Source: an uncultured Actinomycetes bacterium (GTDB lineage Bacteria > Actinomycetota > Actinomycetes > Streptosporangiales > Streptosporangiaceae). From it: a DNA stretch of 64,000 nucleotides. Positions 16,615 to 24,865 of this stretch are shown piece after piece. Position 1 is the first letter of the stretch. Each line of letters starts with the position of its first letter. Location: positions 368,480 through 432,479 of the forward strand of contig CAWFDX010000002.1 in NCBI GenBank assembly GCA_963814645.1, in the 5' to 3' direction. The notes under the pieces are model-generated. The model was not told the DNA's origin, did no database searches, and saw only the letters and a list, made by a program, of their open reading frames with translations. A program made the translations under genes and the position numbers.

Positions 16615-17588
16615 GGTGCTTCATCACCGGCGCGGCCGGCTTCATCGGCTCGCATCTGGCCGAGGAACTGGTGGCCGCCGGGCACGACGTGACCGGGCTC
16701 GACGACCTGAGCACCGGGCGGCTGGACAACCTGCGCCCGGTGGCCGGCCATCCCCGCTTCCGCCTCGTCGAAGGGTCGATCCTGGACGCGGCCACGGTCA
16801 CTAACCTGGCCAGCGGGGCGGACTGGGTGTTCCACCTGGCCGCCGCGGTGGGCGCGTTCGTCATCCGGGACCGGGCGCTGGACAGCCTGCGGACCAACAT
16901 CCACGGCACGGAGCACGTGGTGACCGCCGCGCAGGCCAGCGGGGCCCGGCTGCTGGTCGCATCCACCAGCGAGATCTACGGGAAGAACACCAAGATCGGG
17001 CTGCGCGAGGACGACGACCGGGTGATCGGCTCGCCGCTCAAGTCGCGGTGGAGCTACGCCGAGGCCAAGGCCATCGACGAGAGCCTGGTCAACTGTTACG
17101 TCCGGGAGCGTGGCCTGCGCGCGGTGATCGTCCGGTTCTTCAACACGGTCGGACCGCGGCAGACCGGCCGCTACGGGATGGTCATCCCGCGCTTCGTCCG
17201 GCAGGCCCTGGCCGGCCAGCCGCTGACCGTGTTCGGCACTGGCCAGCAGGTGCGCTGCTTCTGCGACGTGCGGGACGTGGTGTCCGCGCTGCCCCGGCTG
17301 ATCGCTGCCGACCGGGCCTGCGGCCGGGCGGTGAACGTGGGCAGCACCGAGCAGGTCAGCATCGAGGACCTGGCCCGCCGGGTGATCAGGCTGACCAGGT
17401 CGGCCAGCGGCATAACCCGGGCCTCCTACCTGGCGGCGTACGGCGCGGGCTACGAGGACCTGGAGCGCCGGGTGCCAGACTGCACCCTCGCCGCCGACCT
17501 GGTCGGGTTCGCCGCGACCCGGAACCTGGACGAGATCATCCAGGCGGTCGCGGCCGAGCAGTCATCCGCCCGGCAGGCGGCGGCGTAA
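16611..17588 (+). CDS. NAD-dependent epimerase/dehydratase (SDR family)
   Basis: GAAGFIGSH glycine-rich loop and Y-x3-K (YAEAK). ATG at 16611 overlaps the upstream TGA. Confidence 0.9.
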   Translation: MRCFITGAAGFIGSHLAEELVAAGHDVTGLDDLSTGRLDNLRPVAGHPRFRLVEGSILDAATVTNLASGADWVFHLAAAVGAFVIRDRALDSLRTNIHGTEHVVTAAQASGARLLVASTSEIYGKNTKIGLREDDDRVIGSPLKSRWSYAEAKAIDESLVNCYVRERGLRAVIVRFFNTVGPRQTGRYGMVIPRFVRQALAGQPLTVFGTGQQVRCFCDVRDVVSALPRLIAADRACGRAVNVGSTEQVSIEDLARRVIRLTRSASGITRASYLAAYGAGYEDLERRVPDCTLAADLVGFAATRNLDEIIQAVAAEQSSARQAAA

Positions 17589-17620
17589 TCAGGACGACAT
17601 CGGGCATGAGGGCTTAAAAC

Positions 17621-18724
17621 ATGCCGATCACGACAGGGACGGCAGACACGGGGATGGCGGGGGCAGCAAAAACGGCGTACGGCACTGACGGCCGCGCGCC
17701 AGACACGCTGCCCGGCCGGTCCCGCCATGCTGGGTCCCGCCATCCCATGGCCGGGCCCGCGTGGCTGGCCGCCGTGCTGGCCCACCGGGACGCGGTGACC
17801 GAGGTGTCGCCGTGGATGTACGGCCTGGCCGCGAACGGCCAGATCGAGACGCAGTACCCCACCGGGCAGGCGGCCGCGGTGGCCCGGGACATCGAGCGGC
17901 TGCGTGCGGCCGGCCTGCGGCTGGTGCCGTCCATCGCGAACATCACCGATGGCAAGTGGGCCTACCAGCCGGCAGGCCGGATGCTGCATTCACCAGCCCT
18001 GATGGCCCGGCAGGTAGCCGCCATCGTGGCCCTGGTGCAACGCCATGACTACGCCGGCGTTGATATTGATTATGAGAACCTGCACGCCGGGGACCGCCAG
18101 GCGTTCAGCACGTTCATCCGCGATCTGGCCGCCGCGCTGCACGCGCACGGCAAGCTGCTCTCGGTCGCGGTGTTCGCCAAAACCAGCAACGCGGGCACCG
18201 ACCCGCGCAACGTGGCCCAGGACTACGCGGCCATCGGCCGGGTCGCCGACCAGGTGCGGCTGATGGGCTACGACTACCACTGGGCCACCTCACCGCCAGG
18301 TCCGATCGCCCCGGTCGGCTGGATCCGGGCGGTGCTGCGCTACGCCAAGACGCAGATCCCGGCTAGCAAGATCATCCTTGGCATCCCGCTGTACGGCTAC
18401 GCCTGGTCCGGCGGGCACGGCACCGCGATCAGCTGGCTGCAGGCGCTCCGGCTGTCCCGGGAGTACCACGCGCCGCCGCGGTACAACGTGACCAGCCAGG
18501 CGCCGTGGTTCAGCTATACCGACCGGGCCGGCCACAAGCACACCGTGTGGTTCGAGAACGAGGCCAGCTCGCGGGCCAAGTTCGACCTGGCCCAGGGGGC
18601 CGGCATCGCCGGGGTCTACCTGTGGATGTATGGCTATGAGGACGCCGGCACCTGGCCGGCGCTGAGCCAGGTGCTGCCCACCTCCGGGCCGCACGCGCTG
18701 AGCACGGCGAAGGCGGTGCCGTGA
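17621..18724 (+). CDS. Glycoside hydrolase family 18-like protein
   Basis: GH18 catalytic signature D-x-D-x-E (YAGVDIDYEN) and MGYDYH are present. No N-terminal signal peptide or TM segment is visible. Confidence 0.7.
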   Translation: MPITTGTADTGMAGAAKTAYGTDGRAPDTLPGRSRHAGSRHPMAGPAWLAAVLAHRDAVTEVSPWMYGLAANGQIETQYPTGQAAAVARDIERLRAAGLRLVPSIANITDGKWAYQPAGRMLHSPALMARQVAAIVALVQRHDYAGVDIDYENLHAGDRQAFSTFIRDLAAALHAHGKLLSVAVFAKTSNAGTDPRNVAQDYAAIGRVADQVRLMGYDYHWATSPPGPIAPVGWIRAVLRYAKTQIPASKIILGIPLYGYAWSGGHGTAISWLQALRLSREYHAPPRYNVTSQAPWFSYTDRAGHKHTVWFENEASSRAKFDLAQGAGIAGVYLWMYGYEDAGTWPALSQVLPTSGPHALSTAKAVP

Positions 18725-19953
18725 TGCCGTGGTGGGCGCTGGCCGTGCTGATGCTCGGGGCCAACTTCGCGCTGTGGGGGGCGATTGGCCTGATCCGGCT
18801 GGGAGAGTCGGCGGTGGCCCGGTGGTCCGCGGCCCGCGCGCTGCGGGCCGCTCCGGCGCCGGCCCAGCTGACCGCGGCCAGTCCCGGAACGAAGGGCAAA
18901 CCTGGCGACCGGACGCCAGCCCGCCGGGCTAGACCTGCCCCGTCGCTGACCACCAGCGACGTGGCTGTGCTGATCCCGGCGCACAACGAGGCGCTGGTCA
19001 TCGCGGACAGCCTGGCCGCGATCATGGCCCTGGTGCCAGCCCGGAACGTGCACGTGGTGTCGGACGGGTCCACCGACGACACGGTGGCCATCGCCCGCCG
19101 GTCCGGCGCCCTGGTGATCTCCACCCAGGAGAACGTCGGCAAGGCCGGCGCGCTCGAGGAGGCCGTCGCCAGGTTCGGCCTGATCGACCGGTTCCCGGTG
19201 GTCATGCTGCTGGACGCGGACACCCGGGTGCTGCCGCACCTGGAGATGAACCCGCCCGGGCTGGTCATCGAGGACTTCAACATGACGTTCGAGGTGTACC
19301 AGAAGCGGCTGGGCAAGGTCGGCTTCACGCTGCGCGCGGTGGCGGTCACCCAGGACCCGGACAACCTGCACGACTACATCCGGCAGACCAAGCGGTGGGC
19401 GATCGGGCTGTGGCAGACCGTGAAGCGGCACCCGCCGCGGGCCAACCTCTTCACCGCCATGCTGGTCCTGCTGCTGCTCGAACTGATCACCTCCAGCGTG
19501 CTGTTCTTCCTGCTCTCGCTGGCGCTGCTGGTGCTGCTGGTCCCGGATCTGGCCGGCCAGGCGCTGTCCTGGCCCGCGTTCGGCGAGCTGCACTTGGCCG
19601 TGTCCACCCACCTCACGCTGACCGCGGTGCTGTTCGGCGTGGTGCTCACGGACTTCCTGATCACCTGCGCGGTGGCCGTGCTGGAGCGCCAGCCCCGGCT
19701 GCTGCTGCTCGCTGTCTTTTTCCCATTCATGCGCATGCTGGACGCCGCCATCTCGCTGTACTCGGTCTCGGCGGCCTGGTTGTCGGTGTCCAGCGGCCGC
19801 TGGAAGAGCCCTGCCCGCCGCCCGGTGGGCCGGGCCACCGCGGCAGCGCTCCCCGCCGCCGGCGTGCCGGCCAGCGGCGCCTACCACGCTGGGACCAGAA
19901 ATGAGCCGGGCACGCCGGCTCGGGTGGCGGAGGCTAGTCATGTATCTGGGTGA
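18721..19953 (+). CDS. Membrane-embedded glycosyltransferase family 2 (synthase-type)
   Basis: GT2 motifs VLIPAHNE, SDGSTDDT and LLDADT. One N-terminal and several C-terminal TM segments. The start (GTG 18721 / ATG 18724) overlaps the GH18-like stop. Confidence 0.8.
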   Translation: MMPWWALAVLMLGANFALWGAIGLIRLGESAVARWSAARALRAAPAPAQLTAASPGTKGKPGDRTPARRARPAPSLTTSDVAVLIPAHNEALVIADSLAAIMALVPARNVHVVSDGSTDDTVAIARRSGALVISTQENVGKAGALEEAVARFGLIDRFPVVMLLDADTRVLPHLEMNPPGLVIEDFNMTFEVYQKRLGKVGFTLRAVAVTQDPDNLHDYIRQTKRWAIGLWQTVKRHPPRANLFTAMLVLLLLELITSSVLFFLLSLALLVLLVPDLAGQALSWPAFGELHLAVSTHLTLTAVLFGVVLTDFLITCAVAVLERQPRLLLLAVFFPFMRMLDAAISLYSVSAAWLSVSSGRWKSPARRPVGRATAAALPAAGVPASGAYHAGTRNEPGTPARVAEASHVSG

Positions 19954-20662
19954 GGATGGGCCAGTGGCCACGGTGCACAGCGAGCTCATGGACCCGGTGC
20001 GGATCTTGCTCGTTGATGATCATCTGATGGTCACCGAAGCCCTGGCCTCGCGGCTGTCCGCCGCCATGGACCTGTGGGTGGCCGGCCGGTGCACCACCGC
20101 CGATCCGAACCTGCTGGACATCGTGCGCGGACTGCGCCCGGATGTCATCACGATCGAGGTGGAGCCGCTCGGCCCGGCCGCGGGCCAGGTCCTGCAGGGG
20201 CTGGTCGCGGCCCGCCCGGAGGCCAAGGTGGTCGTGCTCAGCGCGGACCACAACATCGGGCACGCGGTCGAGGCGGCCCGGGCCGGGGTAGCCGCCTGGG
20301 TGGCCAAGGAGCAGGGCGCCGCCGAGCTGGAGACTGTAGTCCGCGGAGTGTGCCAGGGCTACTCGTGGTTCCCGCCGGACATGCTCGGCGCGATCCTGCG
20401 CGAACTGCGCGCCGACGTGAGCCGGGCCCGCGAGCACGACGACCTGCTGGACGTGCTCAGCCCGCGGGAGCGGGACGTGCTGCTGTCCATGATGGACGGC
20501 AAACGAGGCCGGCAGATCGCCCAGGACCTGCTCATATCCACCGATACGGTGCGCACCCACACGCGGAACATCTTCGCCAAGCTGGACGTGCACAGCCGCC
20601 TGGAGGCGGTCCGGGTCGCCCGGGCGGCCGGCCTGCGGCGGCCTGAGGAGCAGGCCGAATGA
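19940..20662 (+). CDS. NarL/LuxR-family response regulator, atypical receiver (Glu at phospho-acceptor position)
   Basis: Receiver (ILLVDDH..., VVVLSADH, AWVAK) plus LuxR HTH (LSPRERDVL...IAQDLLISTDTVRTHTRNIFAKL). The start is either ATG 19940 or ATG 19988. The stop overlaps the next gene (ATGA). Confidence 0.8.
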   Translation: MYLGEDGPVATVHSELMDPVRILLVDDHLMVTEALASRLSAAMDLWVAGRCTTADPNLLDIVRGLRPDVITIEVEPLGPAAGQVLQGLVAARPEAKVVVLSADHNIGHAVEAARAGVAAWVAKEQGAAELETVVRGVCQGYSWFPPDMLGAILRELRADVSRAREHDDLLDVLSPRERDVLLSMMDGKRGRQIAQDLLISTDTVRTHTRNIFAKLDVHSRLEAVRVARAAGLRRPEEQAE

Positions 20663-21816
20663 ACAACGGCCGGCCGGTCCGGGTCGCCACGGTGATCACC
20701 AGGCTGGACGGCGGCGCGGGCCGGCACGCGCTGCGCGGCGTGCGGGCCATGGACCCGGCCGGCTATGCCATGACGATCATCACCGGCTGCGGCGAGCTGG
20801 TGGCCGAGGCCGAAGCGGCCGGCCTGGAGGTCATCGTGGAGCCGTCGCTGCGCGCGCCCATCGCGCCCGGCAGCGACCTGCGCGCGCTGGCCCGGCTGAC
20901 CGCGCTGCTGCGCCGCCGCGACTTCGACGTGGTGCACACGCACTGCGCCAAGGCGGGCGCGATCGGCCGGCTGGCCGCGCACCGGGCCCGGGTGCCCCGC
21001 CTGGTGCACACCTACCACGGCTTCCCGTTCCACGAGTTCCAGGGCGCCGTCCGCCGCCGCGCCTACATTGAGACCGAACGCCGGCTGGGCCGGGTAACCG
21101 ACGTCGCGCTGTGCGTCGGCACCGGGGTGGCGGTCGAGGCGGTCCGCCGCCGGCTGATCGCCCCGGAACGGGTGCGCACGATCGGGGTGGTCGCCGACGG
21201 CGCCGACCAGGCCACCGCGCGGCCGCCACCGGCCCCGGCCCGGCGCCGCCAGGCCCGGGCCGAACTGGGCCTGCCCGCGGACGCCACCGTGGTCGGCGCG
21301 GTCGGCCGGCTGACCTACCAGAAGGCACCGGAGGACTTCCTGGCCGCGCTGCGCGCCCTCGGCCGGCCCGGGGTGACCGGGGTCTGGGTCGGCGACGGGG
21401 AACTGGCCAGGCCGATGGCGGCCCGGGCGGCCGCCCGGCCGGGGAACAAGCTGGTGCTGGCCGGGCAGCGCAGCAACGTGCCCGACCTGCTGCCCGCGTT
21501 CGACGTGTTCGCGCTGCCCAGCCGCTACGAGGGGCTGCCCACCGCGGTGGTCGAGGCGATGGTGTGCGGCATCCCGGTGGTAGCGACCGCGGTCAACGCG
21601 GTCGGCGATGTGGTCATACCCGGCGAAACCGGGCTGCTTGTCCCGCCCGGCCGCCCGGAACTGCTGGCCGAGGCGGTCGGGTTCCTGCTCGACTCGCCCG
21701 ACGCGGCGGCCCGGATGGCGGCCACCGCGCGGGCCCGGCTCGGCACCCGGTTCGGCGAGCAGGCGCTGCGCGGTGCCCTGGTAGCGGCCTACTCCGGTGG
21801 GTATGCCGTTGCCTAG
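20659..21816 (+). CDS. Glycosyltransferase family 4
   Basis: VATVITRLDGGAG N-terminus and C-terminal PSRYEGLPTAVVEAMVCGIPVVAT (E-x7-E). Confidence 0.85.
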   Translation: MNNGRPVRVATVITRLDGGAGRHALRGVRAMDPAGYAMTIITGCGELVAEAEAAGLEVIVEPSLRAPIAPGSDLRALARLTALLRRRDFDVVHTHCAKAGAIGRLAAHRARVPRLVHTYHGFPFHEFQGAVRRRAYIETERRLGRVTDVALCVGTGVAVEAVRRRLIAPERVRTIGVVADGADQATARPPPAPARRRQARAELGLPADATVVGAVGRLTYQKAPEDFLAALRALGRPGVTGVWVGDGELARPMAARAAARPGNKLVLAGQRSNVPDLLPAFDVFALPSRYEGLPTAVVEAMVCGIPVVATAVNAVGDVVIPGETGLLVPPGRPELLAEAVGFLLDSPDAAARMAATARARLGTRFGEQALRGALVAAYSGGYAVA

Positions 21817-21877
21817 GCTGGACATGATTAACTGGTGGTAATGCGGCACGCCGTAACGAATTCGCATCGGACGGTGA

Positions 21878-21934
21878 CAAATCGGGGGTGGGAGGTCGCG
21901 GGGTGACGGGCCCGTGACCTGCCAAATCGGGGGT
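21878..21934 (+). promoter_or_regulatory. Direct 12-bp repeat caaatcgggggt x2 upstream of the kinase/regulator pair
   Basis: Identical 12-mers at 21878-21889 and 21923-21934, 45 bp apart centre to centre. Both lie in the 125-bp gap before 21942. Confidence 0.25.
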
Positions 21935-21941
21935 AAGCACT

Positions 21942-22649
21942 GTGGAACCGTCGTTGGACCGGCGACGGGGCCGTGGGCGCAGGCGGTCTGACGGTCAGGA
22001 CGCGCTTGCCGTGCGGGGCCTGTTGCATGACCTTGGACATCAGATGACCACACTGTCCTACCTGGTCGAAGCGGTACGCGGGGATGTAGACCTGCCGGAG
22101 GACGCGGGTTTCCGGCTGGAACTGCTCTCCCTGGAGATGACCCGGCTGCTGGACGTCATCGCACACGAGATTCCCGGCCGGGAGGACGCGGCCGCGGTCG
22201 GCGAGATCAGTCTGCGCGCGCTGGCCGGCCAGGTGACCCAGCTGGCCCGGGTCGCGCACGAGGCCGCCGTAACGCTGCGGCCCGGCCCGGAAGTCAAGGT
22301 CAGGGCCAGCCCAGTGCTGCTGTGGCGGGTCCTGACCAACGTGGTGGACAACGCGGCCCGCGCCGCCGGGCAGGCCGGCCGGGTGGAACTCACGGTAGGT
22401 ATGCTGGCGGGACCGCCACCACAGGCCTTCCTCCAGGTGCAGGACAACGGTCCCGGCTTCGGTCATGGGCCTCCTGGAGCCGCCTCGCTCGGCCTGGGCG
22501 TGGTGACTAGGCTGCTCGAATCCTGTAGCGGCAGCATGGAGGTCGAGGCGCCGGCAGGCGGGGGCGTGCTGGTGCGGATCGTGATACCGGCTGAGCCGAT
22601 CCTGCCCGCCGCCCCGGACCGGCCGCCGGGTAATCAGGTGAGCACATGA
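21942..22649 (+). CDS. Small cytoplasmic histidine kinase without recognisable sensor domain
   Basis: H-box LLHDLGHQMTTL, N-box LTNVVDNAARAA and G-boxes DNGPGFG / LGLGVV. No TM segments. GTG start. Confidence 0.7.
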   Translation: MEPSLDRRRGRGRRRSDGQDALAVRGLLHDLGHQMTTLSYLVEAVRGDVDLPEDAGFRLELLSLEMTRLLDVIAHEIPGREDAAAVGEISLRALAGQVTQLARVAHEAAVTLRPGPEVKVRASPVLLWRVLTNVVDNAARAAGQAGRVELTVGMLAGPPPQAFLQVQDNGPGFGHGPPGAASLGLGVVTRLLESCSGSMEVEAPAGGGVLVRIVIPAEPILPAAPDRPPGNQVST

Positions 22650-23326
22650 CCGGACTAGTCATCGGGGATGACCACAGCGTATTCCTGGACGCCATGTCGG
22701 CCGTACTGATCCAGCGCGGCTACCAGGTCACGGTGGCGCGCAGCGTGCGGGACACGATCGAGTCGGTGCGCCGCAAGCAGCCCGACGTGTGCCTGATCGA
22801 CCGGCACTTCGCCGGGGACAGCGGGATCACCGCGATCGGCCCGATGCTCGCGGCCAGCGGCCGGACCAAGATCCTGGTGCTCAGCGCCGACCCGGACACC
22901 GAGGGCATCCGGCAGGCGCTGCAGGCCGGGGCGTCCGGCTACCTGCACAAGACCCGGGGCGTGGCCGCACTGACCCGGGCCATCGACCGGGTGCAGCGCG
23001 GCGAGGTCGTGGTGGACGTGCCGAAACCGCAGCCAGCCCGGGAGCGGGCCCGGTCCGACGATGCGCGCCGGCTGGCCGCCTTCCTCACCGCCCGGGAGCG
23101 GGAATGCCTCAACCTGCTGGTCGAGGGGCTGGACACGTCCGGCATCGCGACCAAACTGGGCGTGTCCGCGGCCACCGTACGCACCCACGTCCAGTCGGTG
23201 CTGACCAAACTGGGCGTGCACTCCCGGCTGGAGGCCGCCTCCTACGCGGTCCGCTTTGGGCTGCTCGATGACGTGCCCGGGCTGATCTCCCAGGAGGACG
23301 CCGGGTTACCCCCGGGACTGGGATAA
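22646..23326 (+). CDS. NarL/LuxR-family response regulator (canonical receiver)
   Basis: GDDH, PDVCLIDRHF (Asp present), LVLSAD and YLHK, plus LuxR HTH (LTARERECL...ATVRTHVQSVLTKL). ATGA overlap with the kinase stop. Confidence 0.85.
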   Translation: MTGLVIGDDHSVFLDAMSAVLIQRGYQVTVARSVRDTIESVRRKQPDVCLIDRHFAGDSGITAIGPMLAASGRTKILVLSADPDTEGIRQALQAGASGYLHKTRGVAALTRAIDRVQRGEVVVDVPKPQPARERARSDDARRLAAFLTARERECLNLLVEGLDTSGIATKLGVSAATVRTHVQSVLTKLGVHSRLEAASYAVRFGLLDDVPGLISQEDAGLPPGLG

Positions 23327-23355
23327 CCAGCCAGAAGACGGCCGGGCTGGCTGGT
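23326..23355 (+). terminator. Hairpin immediately after the response-regulator stop
   Basis: accagccag (23326-23334) pairs with ctggctggt (23347-23355) around a 12-nt loop. No T-run follows. Confidence 0.35.
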
Positions 23356-23602
23356 GCAGCCTGAGCGGGGACGGTGCGCCAGGCCGGCTGTCCCACCGGT
23401 GCTGGCCCACCACGTGCCAGCGTCACCCGCGCTACCGGTACCCGTGCGGACGGCCCGGCACCCCCCTTTGCCTGGCCATCCCCGGGACCTCCGGTCCTGG
23501 CGCCCGCCCCCCTCGGGGACTTCGCCCGCTCCCGGCCGTCTTCTGAGTCATCAGGCTAGGCCGGAGCGGGCCGCTGTCACTCGGCCACCGGGGTGAGCCG
23601 GG

Positions 23603-24781
23603 CTACCTCATCGGCATGGTTTCCGGCCGCCCGGCGGGCCGCAGCAGGGTGCCGCGCCATCCGCCGCGCACCGTGCGCACGCTCACCAGCAGCCAGGCGG
23701 CGACCAGGCCCAGGTACAGCGCCACCGCGGCCCAGCGGAACGCGTCCGCCCCGGTGTGCCCGGCCAGCGCGATGGTGCCGGTCACGCACGTGCCCGCCGG
23801 GAACGTGAATGACCACCAGGTCAGGCTGAACGGAAGCCGCTGCCGGGCGGCCCGGATAGTCAGCGCGGTGGCCAGCGCCGCCCACAGCGCGGCGAAGCCC
23901 CACACCGGGACGCCGTAGACCACGCCGAACACCGCGAACGCGGCGGCGTACGGGTGCGGCAGGGCCAGTCCGGCGACGCCGCCGAGCAGGTTGGCTGCGG
24001 TGATCGACTGGCCGAGCGGGCCGAGCACGATCCACAGCGTGGGCACCAGGGCGGCCGGGCCGACCGAGTGCTGGACCAGCCGCTGCCAGATCTGCGGGAT
24101 CAGCACCAGGCTGGCGATCAGGCTCAGCCCGAACATCGCGTAACAGGCCAGCAGCATGGTCAGCCGGGCCTGCCCGGCGGGCAGGTGCGGCACCAGCAGC
24201 GCGCCGGTGGCCGCACTGACCATGGGCGGCACCACCGGCATCAGCCAGCCGCCGAACGCCGCGTCCGGGGCGGCGGGCCGCCTGGTGATCATCAGGTACG
24301 GCACGGCCACGCTGCTGGCCAGGCCGGTCAGCGTGCCCAGTGGCCAGAGCACCGCGTCGATGGCCAGCGCGGTGTGCGCGCCGATGAGGGCCGGGCCAAG
24401 CAGCAGCGCGCCCGCCCCGACGGTGAGCATGGCCATCGGCGGCGCGCCGTAGAACTGCACCATGACCGGGTCGCGGGCATGGCCCAGGGCGGCCTGCCGG
24501 TGCCGGGTCCAGTGGATCACCTCGGCCACCGCCAGCACGGCCAGCCAGAGCGCGGCCAGCAGCCAGACCGCGGTGCCGAACACGCGCAGCCCGGGCCAGT
24601 GCACTGGGAGCGTCGCGGCGGCGGTGGCCACGATGCCGGTGCCCATCACCGAGGCGAACCAGTTCGGTCCCAGGCTGGCGAACGCGTCGGCCGGGCGGTC
24701 CAGGTCGCGCAGTGGGCCGCGCCGGGCCGTGGTCAGGGTGGCCAACGGCGCCGCGGGCCGGGCGGGGATGTCGATGCTCAC
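23603..24781 (-). CDS. TDT-family transporter (TehA/Mae1 C4-dicarboxylate/tellurite-resistance type)
   Basis: About 10 TM segments and N-terminal NWFASVMGTGIVA. GTG start at 24781 (or 24784) is chosen inside the much longer ORF 23603-25528. Confidence 0.8.
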   Translation of the reverse strand: MSIDIPARPAAPLATLTTARRGPLRDLDRPADAFASLGPNWFASVMGTGIVATAAATLPVHWPGLRVFGTAVWLLAALWLAVLAVAEVIHWTRHRQAALGHARDPVMVQFYGAPPMAMLTVGAGALLLGPALIGAHTALAIDAVLWPLGTLTGLASSVAVPYLMITRRPAAPDAAFGGWLMPVVPPMVSAATGALLVPHLPAGQARLTMLLACYAMFGLSLIASLVLIPQIWQRLVQHSVGPAALVPTLWIVLGPLGQSITAANLLGGVAGLALPHPYAAAFAVFGVVYGVPVWGFAALWAALATALTIRAARQRLPFSLTWWSFTFPAGTCVTGTIALAGHTGADAFRWAAVALYLGLVAAWLLVSVRTVRGGWRGTLLRPAGRPETMPMR

Positions 24782-24838
24782 CACTCCAGCCTCCGGCCGG
24801 GCGGCCGCCCCGGGTAGCCGGCTTGTCCCTGCCAACCC

Positions 24839-24850
24839 ACAACTAGTTGT
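24839..24850. promoter_or_regulatory. Perfect 12-bp palindrome ACAACTAGTTGT in the divergent LysR/TDT promoter region
   Basis: Read directly. It lies 16 bp upstream of the LysR start and 58 bp upstream of the transporter start. This is a candidate LTTR box. Confidence 0.3.
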
Positions 24851-24865
24851 TGTGGCCGGTCTATC

